Position numbers and translations under genes: made by a program
Shown here: positions 11,501 to 20,027 of the stretch, one piece after another
How the letters are laid out: the number at the start of each line of letters is the position of its first letter
Numbering within the stretch: position 1 is the stretch's first letter
The notes under the pieces: model-generated
The model's input: only the letters and a program-made list of their open reading frames with translations
Told to the model about the DNA's origin: nothing
The model's database searches: none
Source of the DNA: Candidatus Zixiibacteriota bacterium
Lineage (GTDB): Bacteria > Zixibacteria > MSB-5A5 > UBA10806
Direction: 5' to 3'
NCBI GenBank assembly: GCA_020348065.1
Contig: CP070742.1
Location: 2,696,094 to 2,760,093 of the forward strand
Length of the DNA: 64,000 bases

Positions 11501-14500
11501 CCTGTCTGATTCCGCTGATTCCCGTTTTATGAGCGTCGTTCAGGGAATATGCTCGTTTAATGATAATCTCCGGTGATTTTCTTAGAATTATATCCCTTAA
11601 TCTCTCATAAATATCGTTTGAGGAGATTATTGTTACGATATTAAAACCGGCTAAATCTTCGATAGATTCGAAGTTGTTAAAATCATCCGGATCATTTAGA
11701 AGCGACAGGTCCAGCGAATCATTTTTGCAAATCCAGAGCGCGATTTCATTTGAAATTTTAAAGGTAACAATATATATCTCGTCGTCGGGGATATCTTCGA
11801 TAAGGGATATTACGGACGGCGGATCAAAGACAAGAGAGGAATACGCCACCGGATCCAGTTCTTTTGTCTCCTGGCGTAATTCGAGTATCCTGCCCCTGAT
11901 TCTCAATATATTTTCGGTTACTTCCCGGAGCCTGATTTTTCCGGTAACTCCGATCGCCTCCAGTTTTTTCTTCTCCATATAAAGGTCGATCAGGTTTTTT
12001 TGATATTGTCGCAGCAAATTAAAGTTGGCCCTGAAGCGGTCCGATTTATATTTGACCGCGTTTATTTGATTCAATCGTGCCGCAAGGAGAAGGTTTTTCA
12101 TGCTTTCCAGGTAAAATAACCCGGAATATATATCGCCTTCATTTATATAATATTCGATAATTCTGGTATATACGGTTTCCAGTAAAGGGGTATCGATCAC
12201 CTGGCTTTTGCCTATCGGCATATTTTCATATAATCCAACCGCGTCCCTCAAAGACTCGATAAAACTATCATCGTCGTCCCTGCTAATTATCGCGTCGAGG
12301 GCCAGCAGCCTGGCGTACAAACTTGCGGATGTCGAAAAAACGGCCGATTTTTTCGCGCTTTTTATCGACGATCTTAAACCTTCAAAATCACCCAGAGAAT
12401 AAGACGCCACCGCGATATTCAATGAAAGTCCGGTTTCGATATCGGGATATTCCCCCGGAACGAGCTCCGCCAGGGCGTCCCTGAAATAATAGACCGCCCT
12501 TGAAAATCTTTCATGTATCCTGTCGGCGCCGCTATTCAAACCCGCCAGAAAACCCCGGACATCAGAATATTCATCATTCAGAACATTACCCGATTCAATC
12601 AATCCACGTATATACTGTGCAAGGCCGGCAATATTTTTCAGATTCGCCCGGGCGTTGGGATAGGACGGCAATATGTAATCATATAAATCCAGGGCTTTAT
12701 CCTCGATCTCATCCATCTGTTTTATAACCGCGGGATAATCCGATCCGGGATAACAATAAAATACGGCCTCCGCCCAATTTAGGAGTTCGATGTAGGCGCC
12801 GTGATAGTCTTCCAGATTCATGCATAGTTTATACGCTTTTTTATAGGACACCATAGATGAATCGAAATAACCGATTTCGAGATATTTGGCGCCGACGTTA
12901 TCCCATAAATCTACACTGTTTGCCTCTTCGTCCGAGTTTTCGAGAATTTCGATCTGCCTGTTTTTTAAGCTTATCCCGGAGATTATATCCCGGCCTTCAT
13001 GCGCCATCTCCAGAAGGAAAGCCTCGTCGGCCGCGCGGGTGAATCCTTTGGGATAAAGCGATCCCCCGAATCTCATGGGGAGAAGCTCGATGAGAGGTAT
13101 ATTTATGCCAAACGGCCACAAAATAAACTTAACCCTGTTATCATATTTTATTTCTTTATATTTGATTTTTTCGGACGATGTTAGCGCCTCGCCTGCGTAT
13201 ACCGATGCGGATTTATCATCTCCCGTCATCTTCAGACAAAACGCCTGTGCCTTTAATAAATCCATTAAAGTCTTACCGTCATTTCGGGCATTATAATATC
13301 TTTTGGCTGCTTCGTATAATTCGGCGGCCTCGATATATTTTCCCTGGAGCTGATTCAATAATCCCAATTTCAAAGCCGCAAAGGCCCTGGTCTCCGCATC
13401 GCCGGAATCGCTCGATTTTTCATAAAGCCTTTCGAAATATTCCTTTGCCGTCTCAATACTGTCGATATAAAGCGCGCTTTCGCCGTATTTCTTTATGAAC
13501 TTCAGATTATTTTCGAGCGCGATATTAATTTCTTTCGCCGCTTTATAATATTTAAACGCCTCGTTATATTGTGTCAATCCGAAATACGCCTCCCCCAGAT
13601 TCAGATAGAATCCATACGCCAGATCTTCATTTTTATTTATCAGGGAGATCCCCTTAAAGGAAGATTCCACCGCTTCTTCGTATAATCCCTGAGGCTCTTT
13701 TGAATTCTCCTCCAGCAAACAGTCGGCATATGAGATCGACAAATATGATAAAGGAAACGAGGGATATTTCTCAATAATCCTCGAGAGTTGCGCCCTGGCT
13801 TTTTTCAGGTCGGATATCTTATTATTATTCTCGAAATTCACTATATTTGTCAGGGCCTTCAGGTAGGCTATACCCGCTCCGGATAATGTATGAAAGACTA
13901 TATCATTTAAGCTTTTGTTGTTTTTAATACTATATCCGGCCGCCGCCAATCCCCAGATCGCATTGTAATTATTCGCGTTGCAGGTTAAGGCTTCTACAAA
14001 TAATTTCCGCGCTTCATCCGAGCTGTTTTTAAGCTTTTCGTATCCCGAAAAAGCGTAATATCCCGCCGCTTTAATTTTGAAGGATTCAACGGTTTTATAA
14101 TTATCTATAAAATCCAGATAGGCCGATGCGGAGTCGATCATGACCCCAGCCTTATCGTAAATATTACCGTCCATATAAAGGTCGAAAAGTTCATTGAACA
14201 CCGCGAATCTCAATCTCGGATTATCGAAATACCTTTCCGAAATCTCCTCCAATCTCCATTGGGCCAGCGATTTTCGCCCCTGCAGAGACAGTATCTTCGC
14301 CTGCTCCAGCGATGCCGATCCCGATAGAAGCGGATACGATTCATAATTGCTCCTTAATTCTTCGAGTTCATCCAGTACATTGCCGGAAGCCGCATCGATA
14401 AGAAGTGCAATCAGGTCATTTACCAGAATTTCGTTTATTTCGGTATTCAGCTCGTATTTTTCAATCAGTTCTATATATATAGGTATTAAATCGTTTATAT

Positions 14501-15923
14501 CTCCGGCATATGTACTTGCAAGATATTTCAGATCCCATCGCTCAAGTACCGCCAATATGTCTGCATCGTTATTAAATTCGCTTATGCCGTCATCGATCAG
14601 TCTTTTCCCGTCATCATACATCTTTTCGTTGAAATACAGGCTTATACAAAATTTATATGTTTCTTTTTTTAGGTTATCGGGCAGTCTTTCATCGCCCAAC
14701 AGGGTTTTACAGATATCGATCGCCTTATACTTCTCCCTCATATATTCCTTTTTACTGGATATCCCGTATCTTATTTTGGCTTCCGTCAACCGAATTTCAT
14801 ATTCGAATAATGAATCAGCGTAATAGCCCGGGTCCGCCAGAATGTCCAGCGCCAGGCCGCGATAGTTCAGTCCAGCATAAATTAATGCCGACCTTGTGAT
14901 AAGTTCTCTACAATTCTCCGGATAATAATTATAGGCCTCATAACATGCAATCCCCCCGATCAAGGAATCATTAAAAGTCAATGATTGCGTAACCAACGAG
15001 TCGCATAACGCATATTGGCTTTCGCCATCCGGTTCTTTTTCCGTCAATCCGCCCGGAGGGATTAGATAGATATTTCCATCGTCGCCCTGCGCCGCTATTA
15101 AATTATTCTTCGAGGCGTCGGGATTCGAAAATTCCAATCCCGGCAGCAATCTCCTTAATCTCATATCAGACAAGTTTAGAATCATTAAATCCGAATCGTC
15201 GCTTATAGTTACTCTTCCATCCTCGCTTGTATCTCTCGATTTTTTTTCAAATAGAATACGATCTCCTCCACCCAGAATAACCGGGTTAAGATGCAATCCG
15301 CCCCCTGTATCGAAAAATATGATCGATGAATCAATCAGACTGTAAACGGCAAGTTTGTTGGCGCCCCTCTCGTCTACCGGCGATACGAATATCAGGCTGT
15401 CGCCCGAGGGGAAAAATGACGGATCCAGTCCCCGGGGTCCCTTTCTTTTTTCATCTCTTTTAACATCATATATGTATATGAATACACTGTCATTCAGATC
15501 GCTGTAAACATAGGCGATCCGGCTTCCATCTCTCGCAGCTGCGGGAGAATCGTAATAACCTCCGCCGCCGATGATCGTTTCCTGTTTTTTTCCGTTTACA
15601 TCTGTTATAAAGATCTCCCCAAGGCTATTGTCACGTCTCGATACAAATAAAATCTTCGAATTTCCCCAAAATTCCGGGGAATAATCCGACGCCGAATGAA
15701 ATGTTATCTGTCGTTTCCGCCGGCTTTCGAGATCAAGCAGCCATATATTTTCATCTCCGTCTGATTCCGCGCAGTATGCAATATACCTGCCGTCGGGAGA
15801 TAATGAAGGATCATATTCCCTGTTTAACGACGATGATATATTTTGCGGAAGATTAAAATCGCGCGCGCTCAAATCTCCGGCTTGATTAATTAATAGAATG
15901 AAGATTAAAAGAAATCTATACAT
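8502..15923 (-). CDS. Giant secreted protein (2473 aa) with an N-terminal TolB-like PD40 beta-propeller, a very long TPR-like helical repeat region, and a C-terminal CHAT-like (caspase-fold) domain
   Basis: It has a signal peptide (MYRFLLIFILLINQAGDLSA). The N-terminus carries PD40 repeats (DGRYIAY..SDGDENIW; DGSRIAYVYSD). The middle is more than 1500 aa of TPR-like repeats. The C-terminus has ILVIPDGILFAFPFETL ... FIYPLWDLSNEIKAAFYWRFLRNLADGK, matching the CHAT core patterns (LVIVPDG.L..LPF..L ... SLW.V.D.....LM..FY..L). The catalytic His/Cys dyad is not confidently identifiable. Confidence 0.65.
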   Translation of the reverse strand: MYRFLLIFILLINQAGDLSARDFNLPQNISSSLNREYDPSLSPDGRYIAYCAESDGDENIWLLDLESRRKRQITFHSASDYSPEFWGNSKILFVSRRDNSLGEIFITDVNGKKQETIIGGGGYYDSPAAARDGSRIAYVYSDLNDSVFIYIYDVKRDEKRKGPRGLDPSFFPSGDSLIFVSPVDERGANKLAVYSLIDSSIIFFDTGGGLHLNPVILGGGDRILFEKKSRDTSEDGRVTISDDSDLMILNLSDMRLRRLLPGLEFSNPDASKNNLIAAQGDDGNIYLIPPGGLTEKEPDGESQYALCDSLVTQSLTFNDSLIGGIACYEAYNYYPENCRELITRSALIYAGLNYRGLALDILADPGYYADSLFEYEIRLTEAKIRYGISSKKEYMREKYKAIDICKTLLGDERLPDNLKKETYKFCISLYFNEKMYDDGKRLIDDGISEFNNDADILAVLERWDLKYLASTYAGDINDLIPIYIELIEKYELNTEINEILVNDLIALLIDAASGNVLDELEELRSNYESYPLLSGSASLEQAKILSLQGRKSLAQWRLEEISERYFDNPRLRFAVFNELFDLYMDGNIYDKAGVMIDSASAYLDFIDNYKTVESFKIKAAGYYAFSGYEKLKNSSDEARKLFVEALTCNANNYNAIWGLAAAGYSIKNNKSLNDIVFHTLSGAGIAYLKALTNIVNFENNNKISDLKKARAQLSRIIEKYPSFPLSYLSISYADCLLEENSKEPQGLYEEAVESSFKGISLINKNEDLAYGFYLNLGEAYFGLTQYNEAFKYYKAAKEINIALENNLKFIKKYGESALYIDSIETAKEYFERLYEKSSDSGDAETRAFAALKLGLLNQLQGKYIEAAELYEAAKRYYNARNDGKTLMDLLKAQAFCLKMTGDDKSASVYAGEALTSSEKIKYKEIKYDNRVKFILWPFGINIPLIELLPMRFGGSLYPKGFTRAADEAFLLEMAHEGRDIISGISLKNRQIEILENSDEEANSVDLWDNVGAKYLEIGYFDSSMVSYKKAYKLCMNLEDYHGAYIELLNWAEAVFYCYPGSDYPAVIKQMDEIEDKALDLYDYILPSYPNARANLKNIAGLAQYIRGLIESGNVLNDEYSDVRGFLAGLNSGADRIHERFSRAVYYFRDALAELVPGEYPDIETGLSLNIAVASYSLGDFEGLRSSIKSAKKSAVFSTSASLYARLLALDAIISRDDDDSFIESLRDAVGLYENMPIGKSQVIDTPLLETVYTRIIEYYINEGDIYSGLFYLESMKNLLLAARLNQINAVKYKSDRFRANFNLLRQYQKNLIDLYMEKKKLEAIGVTGKIRLREVTENILRIRGRILELRQETKELDPVAYSSLVFDPPSVISLIEDIPDDEIYIVTFKISNEIALWICKNDSLDLSLLNDPDDFNNFESIEDLAGFNIVTIISSNDIYERLRDIILRKSPEIIIKRAYSLNDAHKTGISGIRQVTGIAILRFDGFVLTDGMADEIGADIINYDSTSYEIDLSKYGWIILDGKLVVDDKNFIFSSWERFGGDGDNIRSDKFAIRNLPKIKNNAFGAILIDPANEPDESENAILIKLIENMGVNAVLRIENILDPAALESDIKKFFDGLEAGTPIRSYYGAFIQGSIVNNDNNSYIISYFGDDGWSKNEEDLHVKDLFNEYVLIGNQFYILKNWAMAEKYYSLALNIVSNRKFDSKMKAHAAGNLMKTYEKTGEYNYRIQRDHGKLIEIFEKTGDSLQLAKIYYDMAEIKYDINELENSIDYATMLIEITEKTKDFLMRAKGFAIRGKALKEKGELDKAQADLSKSLELFPANNIEDKLWSGLYLAEIFNLMEMYGKSKMRLDSLEVLIDKDRENNIYREYLIQLSRYHIGTFRNESARRNLESLLKENKNNAEAAVLLGKIYLMRGDFESALESAEKGLSLLKGRGKSLIVMETYELLGDIYRAMGRKEKSLIDYRLAEDAIGNYEYRKSSDLLRYKRELVSENGSNDMDSLYNAIISDSKTEYVKNLCRYQLGYHAVIKDNKKKAGNYFMEISKSIDKNTLGYLKWRAFYNLALIAEKEIKLNHLESAERLIREYPVEPDYVKAAHGLWEDRSDLYNMAAEIRISEERASPAVNYLETGYSQKISGRHFSVGNFDSTENIILNHIFMNEKERDYIEYTDNEFKSMENNLAYGVLWGVRPDSVEELQGNLNDDEAVLRFYSADNGFMAAYVDKDSIFIHKYGFKEDELSKSLMMMDDLLADQQKADSIMEKWYSEIISPVERFLDEKDRILVIPDGILFAFPFETLKMPDGDYLSEMFILIRHIYLPREFPKDPLEGTSVFLEFEAGYDPDVRLIQYIAEPLLKPAGPSGNRVRFYSGDFSFFDGSHEGERNIACTVKPFSEDNYLNLALQAVMSARDGNVGFIYPLWDLSNEIKAAFYWRFLRNLADGKGYWNSYRISRSYIFGHYDGLPNLWGANVFMSLN

Positions 15924-15926
15924 TAT

Positions 15927-16496
15927 CTATTTTACCGTCCAGTTGCCCTCATAATCTTCAATCCACGTTCCGTCCGGGGATAGCCTCGCCATCACCTGCG
16001 CGAATTCAATTCTCGCCCCCGATTTGTCTATCTCGTCCTCAATGCCCCTGGATTCAAAATAGAAGGCCAGGATTATCTCCCTGTCATTGTTTTCGGCCTC
16101 GACAATCTTGCCTATTTGATTTTCTGCGCCGACGCTGTCCGACATTATCACCATACGTCCATCATAGGACTCTCCTAACGCTCCCTGCCTTTTCAGTTCG
16201 TCAATATATCCGCTCATCGTTTTTCTTCTGATCTGGGCGAGCGTCAATCGTCTTTTGTTATATTCGTCTCTGTAACGAGTCAACAGTTCTTCATCCTCGC
16301 CTTCCCAGGAGTATTTTTCCAATGAGGCCCAGACGGCGATAGATGTCGAGGGATCGCTGGACACCCTGGCTTTTTCCCCGAACATCTGATTTTCCAGGGC
16401 GGTCTTGTCAGCGGTTATGTGAACCTCGGGCGGCTTAATGGTGCAGGCGCAAATTGCCGATAATATTATACCGAAAAACAGGTATGGCTTTACCAT
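15927..16496 (-). CDS. Periplasmic lipoprotein, hypothetical. Possible YnbE/YdbL-like partner of the AsmA-family protein.
   Basis: 189 aa with a lipobox (ILSAICAC). The start overlaps the AsmA-like gene by 7 nt, and the gene lies 3 nt upstream of the giant gene. The functional assignment comes only from the E. coli ydbH-ynbE-ydbL operon analogy. Confidence 0.4.
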   Translation of the reverse strand: MVKPYLFFGIILSAICACTIKPPEVHITADKTALENQMFGEKARVSSDPSTSIAVWASLEKYSWEGEDEELLTRYRDEYNKRRLTLAQIRRKTMSGYIDELKRQGALGESYDGRMVIMSDSVGAENQIGKIVEAENNDREIILAFYFESRGIEDEIDKSGARIEFAQVMARLSPDGTWIEDYEGNWTVK

Positions 16497-19400
16497 GATT
16501 CCTCCCTTAAGTTGGCCAGCAACGATTTCACCGGTATACGTCCGTACTCAACCGGCATGGGAACCCGCACCAGCGGCAGGACATCGGCAAAAAAAGGCTG
16601 GTCCATAAATAAACGGGGATAAAGTGTCCAGTGCTTGAGTTCAAAAGAAAAATTCTTTGGTTTATAGCTCATGTCTATAAATCCCAGCAGTTTTCTGTTT
16701 AAAAGTTCTTTCGTCTGCATGATACCGGGATTCGAATTCTCCGGGTCCAGAACATCCAGTACTCTGATAGCCACGCCCGGCCCCATTTTCGTTATATGAA
16801 AGGAACCGGATATCGTATAATCCTCATCCGGGGCGATTATGCCGCTTCCCCGGAAATGCGCGTCGGCGCCAAAATCCGCCCGCTGCTCGAAAGGTCCCAG
16901 GCCATATATCAACTGGTTAAAATCGAGATTAGATAATTCCAGGTCTAATCTATAACTCATCGCTTCGTAATTTGGAATTTCACGCATCAAATTAACATTT
17001 CTCAAGTCCGCTCGCAACAAACCGTAAAAATTCCCACCCAGAAGTTCTCCTGTCAAATAAGGAATATCGAAAACGCCGTCTCTGAATCCCGCGTCTATGT
17101 TAATATCGAAAATATAGAACGGATCGGCCTCTATGCGTCCTATTTTCAAACGGCCGTATTCTCGCGCGAGCATATTCGCTAACCTTGCTCTCTGGTAACC
17201 CGAACCGGATATTTCTTTTATGTCTCCCCCCGCCACAAACATCGAATCCCGCAGATTGATTTTTCCCGAAAACGGGATATCTCCATTTACATCGCCGCAT
17301 TTGAAAATACCCCGGGATTCGATTTCCACGTCGCTGAAATCGGCTAAGCCGGAGTATTCCAGCGATGTGTCAATACTGCCGGCTTTGATCTCGGCTTTCA
17401 ATTTTCCTTTGACATAAAGCTGATTTCCGACTTCAACGGGCTCGTCAGAATCAAACGTGAGATACAACGTCAAATTCGAAAACGGGGATCCCCCGGCATA
17501 ACCGAAATCCCCCATCAGGTCCAGTCGCGACTTTAAGGACGGGATTTTCGCGCTCATATTCGTTATGCGCCATGTAGTGTCCGAGAGGGAGACTACTTCT
17601 CCTTCAATGGTGATACCGGAAAAATCAAGCTCGGAATAATTCTCGTTGAATAAATCCTCTATGCCGGAATTCGAAAATAACGATACGCCTCTTTCGGTGA
17701 TCTCCAATTCCGATACGCTTATAAGGCTGTACAGCACGCTTTGAAAGTTATCGATTAAAATATCTGTGGGCTCGATTGTAAGTTTTGAGGAACCCGTAAA
17801 CACGAAAGTATCAACGGGGCTCGAAAATCTCCCGTCTATGACGCTGCCTCCGCTGAGTTCCACAGCTCCGAGCGCCTCCAGAGCAGCCGACGGAAGATAT
17901 GACGGCAATATCGAATTATCGAGGTTCATTTTATAGTACATGATTATGCTGTCAAGAGGGGTCGATTTTAAGGGATATAGAAATTCACCTTCACCGGAAA
18001 TGCTTTTTTGAACCTCATAAGCGAACCTGGAATTAACGGACTCTTTATCTATGACCGTCGAGGCGGAAAAATTAAAATCCTGTCGAGGGATAAAAAGGGA
18101 ATCCTCTTCGAGCCTGATATTGAGATTTTCCAGGGTGGCCGACAAATTCGACTGAAGGGAATCTGTGCGGCCGGATACCTTCAGCGCCATGTCAAAAAGC
18201 CCGCTGAAATCGATATCCTCGCCCGTTAAAAAGGTAGAGACCGCCTTAGATAGATTGACATTTTCAACTCTAAGATCGCCGTCTATTTTCGAACTCTCGG
18301 TGAACGCGAAAATATCAAATTCTCCGCCAAAAAAATCGGCTATACCGGTGGTTATATTGAAATAGACATCTGTGCTCGATATCTCGGCTTCCACGGCCGA
18401 CGATAATTTATATAATCCGAACAACCGCTCGAAATCTGACCCGCCGGAGATCGAATCGGCCGTCAGGGAACTTCCGAATACAACCAGCCCGGGCTCGCCG
18501 CCGGAATATATCGAGCCGTTCACCCCCCCCAGGAAAATCATGTTATCATAATCGATCCCCACGTCATTAATGTCCATCGTAAAATCGTATGAAGAATAAG
18601 AGGATGATCCTGATATTGATAAATCTTCAATTGATATACTCCCCGTCAAAAGCAAGGGGATTTTGAAATCTTCTAAAAGCGGGTTCAGAGCGCCGATGTC
18701 CCAGCTTTTCCTTCTCGCCCGTAAAGATAATTCGGGCTTCTCATTCAATCTCAGCTCCCCTGTAAATCCCAGAATCTCTTCTTCATTGAGTTCGAATGTT
18801 AAATCATCTACCGCAACGAGTTTTTCGCCGAATTTCGAAATCGTATTTAAATTCATACTGAAATCATCCACAAATAGCGATTCCCCCGCAAAAAACCTGA
18901 TATCGGATAAACCTGCTTTAAAATCCTGAGACGTATTTTCCGAGGATGATAACACGCCGGCGGCCGAAATATCGCAGGTTCCAGCCAACGAGAAATCTTC
19001 GGAATAATAATGAATCAATCCTTTATTGGTATTCAGAGAGTAAGTCGCCGAAAAATTATCCGTCGCCAAAAACGATATTCGTGACATGATTAGATCGAAT
19101 TTCAGCTCGGCCTCCGGTCCCGATATCACTAAATTCGCAAGCTCGAAGCGATCCATAATAAAATCGAACGGCAATTTTGTTTCCTCCGGGGGCGCTTCGC
19201 TCTCCGCCGAAACCTCTCGAAAATCGGGAAAATGAATATAGTTGACAAATAAATTTGTAATTATCAAATCAGACACATGAAGATCGCCCGTCACAAGTTC
19301 CAGGGGGTCGAGATCTGCCCGGATATCAGCGATCCTGAGCCAGATGGAATCGCTTTTTTCATTTCTCAATTCCAGATCCTTGAGTTCGATTTTGATAAAG

Positions 19401-19579
19401 CCGCGAATATCCAGAGAACCTATAGTTACGTAGCCGCCGATATTTTCTTTTATGGTATCGGCGATGAGGTTTTTTATCCGGCCGTCGTTAAAATAAATTC
19501 GAAGACCTATCAGCGTTATAACGGCCAGTACGGTTAAAGACACCAAACAAAAAAATATTATTTTAAAAACGCGCCCCAT
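16490..19579 (-). CDS. AsmA-family (TamB/YdbH-like) inner-membrane-anchored envelope lipid-transport protein
   Basis: 1029 aa. It has a single N-terminal TM helix (IIFFCLVSLTVLAVITLIGL) followed by a long beta-rich periplasmic region typical of AsmA-like proteins. It is followed by a small lipoprotein gene. Confidence 0.55.
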   Translation of the reverse strand: MGRVFKIIFFCLVSLTVLAVITLIGLRIYFNDGRIKNLIADTIKENIGGYVTIGSLDIRGFIKIELKDLELRNEKSDSIWLRIADIRADLDPLELVTGDLHVSDLIITNLFVNYIHFPDFREVSAESEAPPEETKLPFDFIMDRFELANLVISGPEAELKFDLIMSRISFLATDNFSATYSLNTNKGLIHYYSEDFSLAGTCDISAAGVLSSSENTSQDFKAGLSDIRFFAGESLFVDDFSMNLNTISKFGEKLVAVDDLTFELNEEEILGFTGELRLNEKPELSLRARRKSWDIGALNPLLEDFKIPLLLTGSISIEDLSISGSSSYSSYDFTMDINDVGIDYDNMIFLGGVNGSIYSGGEPGLVVFGSSLTADSISGGSDFERLFGLYKLSSAVEAEISSTDVYFNITTGIADFFGGEFDIFAFTESSKIDGDLRVENVNLSKAVSTFLTGEDIDFSGLFDMALKVSGRTDSLQSNLSATLENLNIRLEEDSLFIPRQDFNFSASTVIDKESVNSRFAYEVQKSISGEGEFLYPLKSTPLDSIIMYYKMNLDNSILPSYLPSAALEALGAVELSGGSVIDGRFSSPVDTFVFTGSSKLTIEPTDILIDNFQSVLYSLISVSELEITERGVSLFSNSGIEDLFNENYSELDFSGITIEGEVVSLSDTTWRITNMSAKIPSLKSRLDLMGDFGYAGGSPFSNLTLYLTFDSDEPVEVGNQLYVKGKLKAEIKAGSIDTSLEYSGLADFSDVEIESRGIFKCGDVNGDIPFSGKINLRDSMFVAGGDIKEISGSGYQRARLANMLAREYGRLKIGRIEADPFYIFDINIDAGFRDGVFDIPYLTGELLGGNFYGLLRADLRNVNLMREIPNYEAMSYRLDLELSNLDFNQLIYGLGPFEQRADFGADAHFRGSGIIAPDEDYTISGSFHITKMGPGVAIRVLDVLDPENSNPGIMQTKELLNRKLLGFIDMSYKPKNFSFELKHWTLYPRLFMDQPFFADVLPLVRVPMPVEYGRIPVKSLLANLREESW

Positions 19580-19612
19580 AGAGGGAATTTATTCCTTTAA
19601 AACTATGGCTGT

Positions 19613-19645
19613 CCACAAAAAAAAGCCCCGTTATACGGGGCAGAA
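19613..19645 (-). terminator. Rho-independent terminator downstream of hup
   Basis: On the minus strand: stem GCCCCG / loop / CGGGGC, followed by a run of 8 T (the A-run at 19617-19624 on the plus strand). It sits about 20 nt after the hup stop. Confidence 0.55.
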
Positions 19646-19663
19646 AAAACGAGTTTTCTAAAT

Positions 19664-19936
19664 TTAGTTCAGCGCTTCCTTAAATGCTTTGCCGGCCTTA
19701 AACTTAGGCACTTTGGACGCGGCAATTTGAATCTCCTCGCCGGTTTGAGGATTCCTTCCTGTCCGGGCTTTTCTGTTGGAAATGTCAAACGTCCCGAACC
19801 CGGATACGCTGACTTTGTTTCCCTGCTGCAAACTCATGACTATGCCGTCAAATAGAGACTTCACTGCTTTGGTGGCCTGGGATTTGGTGATGCCGACTTC
19901 CTCAACCACTTTTTCAATCATCTGATCTTTGTTCAT
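19664..19936 (-). CDS. hup: HU-family DNA-binding protein
   Basis: 90 aa. It matches the HU/IHF consensus, with GFGTF..R.AR.GRNP.TGE.I.I in the arm. Confidence 0.9.
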   Translation of the reverse strand: MNKDQMIEKVVEEVGITKSQATKAVKSLFDGIVMSLQQGNKVSVSGFGTFDISNRKARTGRNPQTGEEIQIAASKVPKFKAGKAFKEALN

Positions 19937-20027
19937 TCCTAACCTCTTTTTTGAGTTTTCCTATGACTGCTATTTTTTAGGCCAAATTTCCATCGGTTGT
20001 CAATCGGTTTTTTATATTAATTTATTT

